A DNA stretch of 64,000 nt, taken from contig OY762911.1 in the NCBI GenBank assembly GCA_963666565.1, positions 512,001 through 576,000 on the forward strand. Direction: 5' to 3'. Below the pieces are notes generated by a model, which saw nothing but the letters and a program-made list of their open reading frames with translations, ran no database searches and was not told where the DNA came from. The position numbers and the translations under genes were made by a program. Positions 49,681 to 58,598 of this stretch are shown one piece after another. Every line of letters begins with the position of its first letter. Positions within the stretch are counted from its first letter, which is position 1. The DNA comes from Thermoanaerobaculia bacterium (lineage in GTDB: Bacteria; Acidobacteriota; Thermoanaerobaculia; Multivoradales; Multivoraceae).

Positions 49681-52600
49681 ATGCTGCGCTGCGACTATCG
49701 CTCCTGCGTGTTGCTGGCCGTTGCGATCGGCGGGTTCGCCTGGGTGTCCCTGCGGGCTCAGTCAATCGCGGAGCCGCCGTTGGTCGTCACGGGTGCGCTC
49801 GTGGACCAAGACGGCTCGCCCGTCGCCGGGGTCGACGTGGTCCTTCGCCCCTATCCGAGCGAGCACCAGGTAGACCTTGACCTGCTCGGTTTCTCGAACG
49901 CTCTGCCCGAGGCAGTCGACCAGCGCCGCTCTGGCCCGGACGGCGCCTTCTCCCTGACCGCGCCCTTGCCCGGTCCCTACCGCCTGGAGGTCCGCCCGCT
50001 TCCGCCTCCTGGTCGACCGGATGTCGAGCTTCCCTTTCTCTACCAGGATTTGGCGCCGCTGCTTGAAGATCGATCTCTGGAGCCTCTTGAGCTGCCGCGG
50101 CGACGCCCCGTAGCGATCCGGGTCCTGGACCCTGACGACCGGCCGGTTCAAGGGGCCCGAGTCGTTGTCAGTCCCTGGGCGGGCTATCGGGAGGGCGAGT
50201 CAGCCGGAAGCCCGGCCGAAGAGCGGCGAAGCATCGACCTCGGCTTCCATCGCGCGGCCTCCACCACGAACGGGGATGGTATCGCTCGGTTCCTGATGCC
50301 TGGGTCTTCGGCCCAGGTGGTCGTTAGCGCCCCAGGGTTCGTCTTGGGTCGCACCACAGCGGACTCCCGCGAGACAACGGTCCGGCTCGAACGCTCGACC
50401 GGGTTCCGATTCCGCGTCGTGGACCCGTCCGGCAAGCCCGAGCCATGGGTGGTCGTTCGCGCGGCGGACGACTTCCAGACGCCGCTCGCGGTGACGGACG
50501 AATCGGGGGCGGTGGCGGTAGGTCGGCTCGCTGGCGGTACCAGGGGCTACCAGTTCGAACGGGCGGACCAGGCGCTGGCCTGGACCGGGTCCCCGACGCG
50601 GAGAGCGACCGACGCGTCCGGCGTAGTGCCGATCCTGGAAGTGCAGCTCGGTGAGCCGCTCCGAATCCTGGGCCGCGTCCTCGACGCCTCGACGGGGCGT
50701 CCGGTCGAGAACGTGGCCGTCTGGTCCCAAGGGGATCCAGGGCACAACGCGATCAGCGGGCCGCGCGGCGCCTTCGAACTGACGACGCGTCCGCGGCGGG
50801 GTGCGCTCGCGTTCCAGGCAGTCGCGCCCGGTTACCTGCTCGCCAAAGTAGACGCCGAGAGCCTGGAGCGCACTACCGCTTCGGAAGTTGCGGTCGCCCT
50901 TACGCCTGTGGTGACCTTGGCCGGTCAGGTCACGGATGCGGGTGGCCAGCCCGTCGCCGACGCCGAAATCCATACCGAGCCGGACGCGGGGACCTGGCCG
51001 GCGAGACGGCCCGCGCAAGGGGCTCAATTGACCACATCGAGCGGCGACGGTTCCTTCCGCTTTCGAAGGATCCTCCCCCAAACAGCCTATCGGTTGATGG
51101 TCCGCGCCTCTGGATTCCCGGCCAAGCTCGTGGAGGTTCCGCCCATCGAACCCGGCGCCGAACCCCGACAACTCCGGGTCACCCTGACCGGCGGCAGCGG
51201 CGCCTGGGGCAGGGTGATTGACACCGAAGGCAATCCCGTGGCGAAGGCCGAAGTGACGCTCCATTGGCCGAATGCCGCGCGGCGTTCCGACCACCGGCGC
51301 TCCATCCCGACGGACCCCGCGACGACCGACGAGCAAGGCCGGTTCCGCTTTTCCGCCCTCGTCGCGGGCCGCTACGAAGTGGCCCTGGCGCACGCTGAGT
51401 ACGTCGGGACCGGGGACTCGACCGCCGAAGTGAAAGCAGGCGTAGAAGAGAGCTACCTTGGCGAATTCACGCTCCTCGCCGGCGCGAAGCTGCACGGCCG
51501 GGTCATTGATTCCCGCGGCGGTCCAGTGGCGAGCGCCACGATCACCGCCCTCGGATCAGGAGCCGAGGCGCCGGAACGAATCGCGATATCGGACGCGGAG
51601 GGCCGATTTCGACTCGGCGGACTCTCGCACGATCTCGTACGGCTCCGAGTTCGGGCGGACGGTCATCCGCCGCTGGCGCTGTTTACGGCGCTCCCGGGCG
51701 CCGACGAACCGCTCGTGATCGAGCTGTCAGCCGGTGCGCTGCTGACCGGCCGCGTGACCGACGACGCCGACGCGCCCGTCCCAGCGGCTTCCGTCTGGCT
51801 GCTGCCCGACTTGGAGAACCAGGGTCAGGCCGTCGCCTGGGACTCGCGTGACCACGCTACGCAAACCAACGGCGAAGGGCGATTTCGTTTCGAGCACGTC
51901 GCGCCGGGAAGATGGTCGCTCGATGTGAGGAGCGGTCAATCGCGAGGTTCCGTCGACGGCATTGATCTGCAGGAGGGAACGAAGCGGGAAGTCGATCTCC
52001 GACTCCGCAAACGGTCCGACCTGACCATCACGGTCACGGACGAGTCGAACCGGCCGGTGGCCGACGCCTCGATACGCGTGGCGTACGCCGGGCGGCCTTT
52101 GGCCACGGTACTCGGCAGCACGGACGCGAGCGGTCGAGCGCGCATCGCGGTCGACGTCGGCGTCGCCGCAGTTCAGGTCGCGCACGGGCGGTACCGGGAG
52201 GAATCGACAAGCGTCGAGCTTGTGCCCGGCGTCAACGACCTTGCCGTCCGGCTGCTCGCCGGCGGGACCATACGAGGCTACGTTCGGTCGGCGGACCACA
52301 CTCCGCTGAGTCGGGCGACCGTTCTGGCTCAGACGGATGCCTCCCTGGATCTGCCGGCCTTCGCCCGGCGCTTTCTTGGCGTGGCGGCCGAGGCGGAAAC
52401 CGACCCCGAAGGACGGTTCGAGATTGCCGGTCTGGAGCCCGGCCGCTACGTCGTAAGCGCCAGGGCCGAGGGATTCGCGGCGAACGCGGTTGAACGGGCG
52501 ATCGACATCGCCGGTCAGTCAACCGCCGTCGTCGACATCGTGCTGGCGCCCGGCGGCTCGATCACGGGGGTCGTGACGGGCCTGCCACCCTCTCGTCTGG

Positions 52601-53376
52601 TTGACGTGGAGATCAGCGCGACGCGGTTCGCCGAGCGAGAGACCACCTCGCCCGATCACGCCGGTGCCTTCGCCCTTTCGAATCTGGTGCCTGGCGAGTG
52701 GACGATCACGGCGACAAGCGGGGACCTCGCCGGCCCGCGTACGGTGAAGCGCGCCGTGACGATTCGCGACGCAGTCGAGAGTGCCTTCGTCGAACTCCCG
52801 TTCGAACGCGGTTTCCGGTTCAGCGGGCAAGTCCTTGCGTCCGGGAAGCCGCTGGTCGGCGGACTTCTGAGCGTCCGTCGAACGGGAAGCGAGGAGGTCC
52901 GAGCGACTAGGACGGACCACCGAGGGCGATTCGCGATGGAGGGGCTCTCCCTCGGCGCATACGAGTTGACGATTCGCCGGACGACGGGCGCCATCGATCA
53001 GCGGCCCATAGACCTGTCGGGCGACCTGCAAGACCTGACAATCGATCTTCAACCGCCCGCCACCCTGGCGGGCGTCGTCATCGACGCGGTGACCGGCGAG
53101 GCGATCGTGGACGCAAATCTGACTGTCGGCGATCCGGCCACGCTCACGGGGCTGGCGGAAGACGGAAGCGCCTTCTCGCCGGCCATCGCGGGCTTCACTT
53201 TCAGCACGGTCGGAGGCCGCTTCGAACTCGACGTCGGCCCGAACGCATCTCATCTGCTTGTTTCCCGGCGGGGCTACGCCAACGCCCTGCTGCCGCTCCG
53301 CATCCTCCCTGGCCAGCGCCTTGCCGGTCTTCTCGTGGAGTTGCAGCCGAGACCACCGCTAACGCCGGGCGAGTAG
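49681..53376 (+). CDS. large exported protein with tandem carboxypeptidase-regulatory-like beta-sandwich repeats (1231 aa)
   Basis: Signal peptide; many GRVxDxxGxPVxxAxV...TDxxGRF...LxPGxY repeats. Confidence 0.88.
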   Translation: MLRCDYRSCVLLAVAIGGFAWVSLRAQSIAEPPLVVTGALVDQDGSPVAGVDVVLRPYPSEHQVDLDLLGFSNALPEAVDQRRSGPDGAFSLTAPLPGPYRLEVRPLPPPGRPDVELPFLYQDLAPLLEDRSLEPLELPRRRPVAIRVLDPDDRPVQGARVVVSPWAGYREGESAGSPAEERRSIDLGFHRAASTTNGDGIARFLMPGSSAQVVVSAPGFVLGRTTADSRETTVRLERSTGFRFRVVDPSGKPEPWVVVRAADDFQTPLAVTDESGAVAVGRLAGGTRGYQFERADQALAWTGSPTRRATDASGVVPILEVQLGEPLRILGRVLDASTGRPVENVAVWSQGDPGHNAISGPRGAFELTTRPRRGALAFQAVAPGYLLAKVDAESLERTTASEVAVALTPVVTLAGQVTDAGGQPVADAEIHTEPDAGTWPARRPAQGAQLTTSSGDGSFRFRRILPQTAYRLMVRASGFPAKLVEVPPIEPGAEPRQLRVTLTGGSGAWGRVIDTEGNPVAKAEVTLHWPNAARRSDHRRSIPTDPATTDEQGRFRFSALVAGRYEVALAHAEYVGTGDSTAEVKAGVEESYLGEFTLLAGAKLHGRVIDSRGGPVASATITALGSGAEAPERIAISDAEGRFRLGGLSHDLVRLRVRADGHPPLALFTALPGADEPLVIELSAGALLTGRVTDDADAPVPAASVWLLPDLENQGQAVAWDSRDHATQTNGEGRFRFEHVAPGRWSLDVRSGQSRGSVDGIDLQEGTKREVDLRLRKRSDLTITVTDESNRPVADASIRVAYAGRPLATVLGSTDASGRARIAVDVGVAAVQVAHGRYREESTSVELVPGVNDLAVRLLAGGTIRGYVRSADHTPLSRATVLAQTDASLDLPAFARRFLGVAAEAETDPEGRFEIAGLEPGRYVVSARAEGFAANAVERAIDIAGQSTAVVDIVLAPGGSITGVVTGLPPSRLVDVEISATRFAERETTSPDHAGAFALSNLVPGEWTITATSGDLAGPRTVKRAVTIRDAVESAFVELPFERGFRFSGQVLASGKPLVGGLLSVRRTGSEEVRATRTDHRGRFAMEGLSLGAYELTIRRTTGAIDQRPIDLSGDLQDLTIDLQPPATLAGVVIDAVTGEAIVDANLTVGDPATLTGLAEDGSAFSPAIAGFTFSTVGGRFELDVGPNASHLLVSRRGYANALLPLRILPGQRLAGLLVELQPRPPLTPGE

Positions 53377-53592
53377 CCTGCCGACGCGAGGCCTGTTGGC
53401 CATGAACGGCAACCTGTTCCGTCACCGTCGGATGCGGTTGACGCAACACGGAGCGCTCGGGCGTGGCGAAGGTGGCCAGCCTCTGTTTCGGGTCGCTCGA
53501 CTCGGACACTGGCGGATCGATCCGGCTTCCGTCGGCCCATTGCGGGATCGTCTGCCTCAAGCCGACCCTGGGGCACCGGTGAACCGGCTCCC

Positions 53593-54192
53593 CTACCGCC
53601 AGGGCCGCCGCGGCGGTTCGCGGATGCGGCGGAGCATCCGCCGGCGCCGGTTCGCCGGGTCGCTTGGATCGTTCGAGAACAGGCGCATCACGTCGCCGTC
53701 GCGGGCGAAGCGATAGCGCCGCGCCGGCTTCCTGTCGTTGAGCCCTTTGGCCGCGCTCTTCGCGTAGGTCCAGAGCAGGATGTCCGGGTCGTCGACGTCC
53801 CGGTGCTCCTCCCACTCCGTCTTCTCCGGGTCGCCGAACAGGATGTAGACCATGCCTCGGTCCGTGCGCCGCCCGAGCCGGCCGGACTCGGAGTAGCGTT
53901 TGTCCGCCTCCGCCGCGCGCACGTCGAACTGGCGCCGCAGGCCGCCGTCCCGCCGGCCCCAGAAGTCCTCGGCGAAGGCGGCCGCCTCCTCGTCCGACTC
54001 GAGCAGCAGGTAGAGCGTCCGCTCCTCCTCGTCGGCGAGTTGTCCGACCGGCCCCACCAGCCAGCTCGCGTAGCCGGGGCCCAGGAAGGGGTTGATCAGG
54101 TCGTCCGGATGGAGCCGCTCGAGACTGTCCGCGGCCGAAGCGGCGCCGGCGGCCAGGAGGCCAAGCGCGAGAGCCAGGCCGAGCTGCCGCAT
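53593..54192 (-). CDS. GWxTD-domain exported protein
   Basis: Start MRQLGLALALG overlaps the folE stop; EDFWGRRD and GRRTDRGMVYILFGDP motifs. Confidence 0.85.
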   Translation of the reverse strand: MRQLGLALALGLLAAGAASAADSLERLHPDDLINPFLGPGYASWLVGPVGQLADEEERTLYLLLESDEEAAAFAEDFWGRRDGGLRRQFDVRAAEADKRYSESGRLGRRTDRGMVYILFGDPEKTEWEEHRDVDDPDILLWTYAKSAAKGLNDRKPARRYRFARDGDVMRLFSNDPSDPANRRRRMLRRIREPPRRPWR

Positions 54193-54815
54193 CAACGTCC
54201 CTTCAGCAGGTCCAGGAACTCCTCCCGGATCGGGCGTTCGTGGAAGATGCCCCGCAGCGCCGAGGTCACCGTCCGGGCGCCGGACTTCTCCACCCCGCGC
54301 ATCTCCACGCAGAGATGCCGGGCCTCGATCACGACCATCGCGCCGCGGGGCCGGAGTTCCTCCTCCAGGAACCTCACGACCTGCTCGGTCAGCCGTTCCT
54401 GGAGCTGCGGCCGCTTGGCGTAGAACTCCAGGATGCGCGCGAACTTGGACAGACCCAGGATCTTGTCGCCGGGAACGTAGGCCATGTGCGCGTGGCCGTA
54501 GAAGGGCACCAGATGATGCGAACACATGGAGTAGAACGGGATGTCTTTCTCCATCACCATCGCCCGGTAGTTCTCGTCGTTCGGGAAGGTCGTGACCCGC
54601 GGTTTCGTGCCCTGGTCCAGGCCACGGAACATCTCCAGGTACATCCTGGCAACCCGCTCGTGGGTCGCGTTCAGATTCGGATCCTCGAGGTCGAGGCCGA
54701 GTTCGACCAGCATGGAGCGCACGCGCTCGGCGAGGCGAGCCACTCGCTCTTCGTCCCGAGCCGGCGGACCGTCTTCGTGGGCCGAGACGTGCCCGACCGG
54801 TTCCAGTACGCGCAT
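54192..54815 (-). CDS. folE: GTP cyclohydrolase I
   Basis: SMCSHHLVPFYG, GLSKFAR, PQLQERLT and HLCVEMRG motifs. Confidence 0.97.
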   Translation of the reverse strand: MRVLEPVGHVSAHEDGPPARDEERVARLAERVRSMLVELGLDLEDPNLNATHERVARMYLEMFRGLDQGTKPRVTTFPNDENYRAMVMEKDIPFYSMCSHHLVPFYGHAHMAYVPGDKILGLSKFARILEFYAKRPQLQERLTEQVVRFLEEELRPRGAMVVIEARHLCVEMRGVEKSGARTVTSALRGIFHERPIREEFLDLLKGR

Positions 54816-54871
54816 CGGCTCATGCTACCGTAGCCGCCGGCAGAAACAGACCACCACAAGGACGGAATCCG

Positions 54872-55099
54872 ATGAGCCGAGTGACGATCGAATACTGCGT
54901 GATGTGAAACTACCGCCCCCGAGCCGCCGGTCTGGCGGCTCAGTTGAAGGAGCGGTTCGATCTCGACGCCGAACTCGTGGACGGCAGCGGCGGCGTCTTC
55001 GAGGTCGCCCTCGACGGACGCGCCGTCTTCTCGAAGAAGCAGCTCGGCCGTTTCCCGAACAACGGCGAGGTCGAGCAGTCCGTCGCCGCGTTGCTGTAG
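54872..55099 (+). CDS. SelW/Rdx-family selenoprotein (CxxU), 75 aa
   Basis: MSRVTIEYCVM-U(TGA 54905-54907)-NYRPRAAGLAAQLKERF...GSGGVFEVALDGRAVFSKKQLGRFP; absent from the ORF track. Confidence 0.9.
54921..54941 (+). promoter_or_regulatory. putative bacterial SECIS hairpin
   Basis: GAGCCGCC-GGTCT-GGCGGCTC, a perfect 8-bp stem starting 14 nt after the in-frame UGA, with G first in the loop. Confidence 0.75.
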
Positions 55100-55199
55100 C
55101 GACTGAGACGGCGACCCGCCGGACGGCGGCGGCGCGCCGGCGGCAGCGGGACGGCGGCAGCGCGGTTGTGGCGGCGGCGGGGGCTGCCGTCCGCTTGGC

Positions 55200-55360
55200 G
55201 GGCGTTCCGGGGGAGGGCTCCCAGCGGACGCTCGCGCCTGTTGGGTGAGAGGGATGTCGGCGCTCGCTTCGGTCGCCTGCGCTGCGGGGCGGTTCGGTTG
55301 AGGTGACGGTCCGGGGAGACGCTTGGCTCCAGCCCGCTGGGAGCCCTCCCCCGGAACGCC
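55200..55360. repeat. family-B inverted-repeat (MITE/REPIN-like) element, copy 1
   Basis: Terminal inverted arms GGGCGTTCCGGGGAGGGCTCCCAGCGG and CCGCTGGGAGCCCTCCCCGGAACGCCC. Confidence 0.8.
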
Positions 55361-55399
55361 CTGGCGGACTGGACGCTGGCGCACTCGGCGCAAAGCGTC

Positions 55400-55537
55400 G
55401 GTGCATGGGGGTCGGTACACGGGGGTCGGTGCATGGGGGTCGGTGCGCGGAGGTCGGTGCGCGGGGGTCGGTACACGGGGGTCGGTGCATGGGGGTCGGT
55501 GCGCGGGTCTTCTGACCCGCTGCCGCCGAAGGCGGCG
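55400..55537 (+). repeat. seven 14-bp tandem units (GGTRCRYGGRGGTC) leading into a family-A REP-like palindrome
   Basis: Units at 55400, 55414, 55428, 55442, 55456, 55470 and 55484; full palindrome from 55498. Confidence 0.9.
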
Positions 55538-55600
55538 GACAACGTCGTCGTCGGCCGGAGGCCGGCGGCGTCGCTCACGGGGGGACGCTACGATCGGTTC

Positions 55601-56152
55601 GTGTCCGGCACCTACTCGTTGCGCCTCGGCAAGGAGGACTTCAAGTTCTCGGCGGCTCACTTCACCGTTTTCGGAGAGGACGAGGCGGAGGCGCTTCACG
55701 GACACAACTATCGGGTCGGAGTGGAACTGAGCGGCGCCGATGTGGATGGGCTCGAGTTCCTGGTGCCAGTCGCCGCGGCGAAGCGGGATATCCGGTCGCA
55801 GTGCATGGAGCTCGACGAGAAGGTCCTGCTTCCGGCGGAGTGCCCGCATCTTGAAGTCGTGCAAGGCGAGACGGTGACAGCGGCGTTCGGGCCGCGGCGC
55901 TACGAGTTCCCCTCCTCGGAGGTGGTCCTGCTGCCGGTAGCGAACGTGACCGTCGAAGCTCTGGCTCGGTTACTCTGGCAACGCTTGGCGGACCGGTGGG
56001 GATCTCTTCGCGACCGCGTCGAGATCCTCGAAGTCACAGTGGCTGAAACCCGGGGCCAGGGCGCCAGCTACCGGCGCAAACTCCAGGAGCATCGCCTTGA
56101 AGACGCAGTTCGATCCCGACGACAGCCAGTTGGCTACCCTCCGCGGACTTGA
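55601..56152 (+). CDS. 6-pyruvoyl-tetrahydropterin / 6-carboxytetrahydropterin synthase family (QueD-like)
   Basis: FSAAHF, LHGHNYRV, NVTVEALA and VAET motifs; GTG 55601 start. Confidence 0.88.
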   Translation: MSGTYSLRLGKEDFKFSAAHFTVFGEDEAEALHGHNYRVGVELSGADVDGLEFLVPVAAAKRDIRSQCMELDEKVLLPAECPHLEVVQGETVTAAFGPRRYEFPSSEVVLLPVANVTVEALARLLWQRLADRWGSLRDRVEILEVTVAETRGQGASYRRKLQEHRLEDAVRSRRQPVGYPPRT

Positions 56153-56531
56153 TCCCGAGGGCCCGGTTGCCGCGCTCAACCTCTTCCAGTTCAACGACCG
56201 GGCCCGGTACGCACCGGGCGACGAGGAGTACGGCACCGAGGAAGCCGACGTCTCGGGCCAGGAGGCCTTTCAGAGATACGTAGCCGCCGCGGGCCAGGTC
56301 CTTGCCGACCTGGGAGGCCGCGTTGCGTTCACCACGATGGTGGAGCAGGTGATGATCGGGCCCTCGGACCCGGCCTGGCACGTCGCGGCGATCATGGTCT
56401 TCCCTTCCCGCCGGGCCTTCATCGAGATGACGATGAACCCCGAGTTCCAGGCCGCCTCCCGCCACCGGAAGGCCGGCTTGGCAAACCACTACCAGGTGCA
56501 CCTGAACGGCGCACCCTGGGTGGAGGAGTAG
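56097..56531 (+). CDS. DUF1330-domain protein
   Basis: GPVAALNLFQF, SGQEAFQRY, FPSRRAFIEM and HRKAGL motifs. Confidence 0.8.
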   Translation: MKTQFDPDDSQLATLRGLDPEGPVAALNLFQFNDRARYAPGDEEYGTEEADVSGQEAFQRYVAAAGQVLADLGGRVAFTTMVEQVMIGPSDPAWHVAAIMVFPSRRAFIEMTMNPEFQAASRHRKAGLANHYQVHLNGAPWVEE

Positions 56532-56687
56532 TCAGCCCGCTTCCCTGCTTCAGGCGAAGCTCCATCGTTGCAGGCGAGCTGGCCGCCGATGTACTCCTTC
56601 TTCTTGTTCTCGCTGTGCCGGCGAGGACGCCGGCGCACCGGCACTCCAAGGTCGTGCCACGAAAACCGACAACGACCAGTCCGCGGC

Positions 56688-56850
56688 GGCGCCCGGAGGG
56701 GAGGTTCCCAGCGGGCCGGAGCCAAGCGACTGCCGATGCCCCTACCTCAAGCAACGCCGTCTTGAAGCGCTGGCGACCGCAGCGAGCGCAGATTCTCCCC
56801 TTCACCGTGAGAGCGCGAGCGTCCGATGGGAACCTCCCCTCCAGGCGCCG
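56688..56850. repeat. family-B inverted-repeat element, copy 2 (opposite orientation to copy 1)
   Basis: Arms GGCGCCCGGAGGGGAGGTTCCCAGCGG and CCGATGGGAACCTCCCCTCCAGGCGCC; shares internal GGAGCCAAGCG and GCGCGAGCGTCCG with the reverse complement of copy 1. Confidence 0.75.
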
Positions 56851-56863
56851 CCGCGGACGGGTA

Positions 56864-58260
56864 TCACCGACGCCGTCGCAACTGCGCCACCGTCTCGATG
56901 TGGGCCGTCTGCGGGAAGACGTCGAAGAAACGCACGGACTCCAGGTCGAAGTCGCGGGTCAGGTCGCCCAGGTCGCGGGCGAGGGTGGCGGGGTCGCAGG
57001 AGACGTAGGTCAGGCGGCGGGGCGCGGCGCGCAGGAGGGCGCCGCGGACGTTCCGGGAGAGGCCGGCGCGGGGCGGGTCGACGAGCACCCGGTCGAGGCC
57101 GGCGTCCAGGCCGGGGCCGCCACGCCGGCGGTCCGTCCAGCTCTCGACCGCCGCCCGCTCGACGCGGCAGTGGCGGAGGCCGTTGCGGCGCAGGTTGTTC
57201 CGTGCATAGCGGGCGGCCACCGACTCGCCTTCCACCGCCGTGACGCAGCGGTAGCGGTCGGCGAGGCCGACCGTGAAGAAGCCGACGCCCGCGTAGAGTT
57301 CGACCGCCGCGTCGCCCTCGAAGGGTCCCACGGCCGAGTCGAGCAGCGACTCCAGCAGCCCGCCGTGGGCCTGGAAGAAGCAGCGGGCGTCGTAGCGGAG
57401 CCGCCTGCCCGCCAGCTCGATTTCGAGTTCGCCGCCCGGCAGTCCCTCGACCGGCGGCGCCGCCACGACCGGACCGTCCGGTTCCAGGCCGGAGGTGGCC
57501 AGGCCGAGACGGCTCGGCAGCTTCTTCCTCTTCGTCCCCGGCGCGTTCGCGCCGCCGAGCAGCGACGGCAGCCCGGCCAACTCCCGCTCGAGCGCGGGAG
57601 CGAGCACCGGACAGCGGTCGACGAGCACCAGCTCGCGGCTACGACGCCGCCGGAAGCCGACGCCGACGGAACCTCCTGGTCGCTCGCTCGCCTCCCGGCG
57701 CCTGGCCCGCGCCGGCGGCTCGCCCCCCGCAGCTCGCACGGCCCCGGCCGGAGACTCGCCACCCGCCGCACGCGCGGCCCGCGCCGGAGGTTCGCCCCCC
57801 GCCGCGCGCGCGGCCCCGGTCCCGCGCTCGGCAACGTGGATCTGCGCCCGCAGCCGGTAGCCCCACGCCCGCTCGGCAACCGGCGGCTCGAACCGGCACG
57901 CCGCCAGCCGGGCCGGGTCGATGCCGCCCAGCCGGCGCAGGGTTTCCGCGGCCGCGGCCGCCTTCAGCCCGAGCTGCTTCGCGTCCTCGATGTGCTGGAG
58001 CTGGCAACCGCCGCAGCGGTCGTAGAACGGACAGGGCGCCTCCCGCCGCAGGGGTCCCCGCGTCTTCACTTCCTCGATCTCCGCGCGTGCGTAGCTCGGC
58101 CGCCGTTCGGTGATCCTGACTACGACGACGTCGCCCGGGGCGGCCCGCGGCACGAAGACCGGCAGGCCGCGCCACCGGGCCAGGCCGTCGCCGCCCAGCA
58201 CGAGCTTCTCGACGGTCAGCTCGAGGCGTTGGACGCCGGCCAGCGCGGCCAGCGTTTCCA
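56864..58260 (-). CDS. RlmD/TrmA-family RNA (uracil-5)-methyltransferase with TRAM domain
   Basis: CPFYDRCGGCQLQH, FFQ, ELYAGVG, VDPPRAG, YVSCDPATLARD and DVFPQTAHIE motifs. The frame stays open upstream of GTG 58201 (LELTVEKL), so the start is uncertain. Confidence 0.9.
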
Positions 58261-58340
58261 GTCGCTCGGCCGAAAGCGGCTGCTTCCGGGGCCGGCGGCC
58301 GACCGGCGGGGCCGCTTCCTCCCGCTTGCGGGGAGCGAAC

Positions 58341-58577
58341 TCAGTCGTGGCCGCCTCCCGTGTGCCGCTCTCCGTGCCGCCAGGTCGGATCGCGCCGCGC
58401 GAACTCGTCCAGTTCCCGCGGCACCTCGACCAGGGTGCGGCTCAGCTCCGGGTCGCAGACCTCGTTCTCGCACTCGTAGACGTACACGTTCCACTCGTCG
58501 CGAGGCCGGTAGGCGCACAGCGTCTGGTAGGTGTCGCAGTGGCCGCACTTGACCGAGAGGTTGCGGATGTTGATCAC
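58341..58577 (-). CDS. small putative zinc-binding protein (78 aa)
   Basis: CGHC...YECENEVC; genome-typical codon use; GGAG RBS upstream. Confidence 0.72.
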   Translation of the reverse strand: MINIRNLSVKCGHCDTYQTLCAYRPRDEWNVYVYECENEVCDPELSRTLVEVPRELDEFARRDPTWRHGERHTGGGHD

Positions 58578-58598
58578 GCCGGCCGCCCGTCTCCGGCC

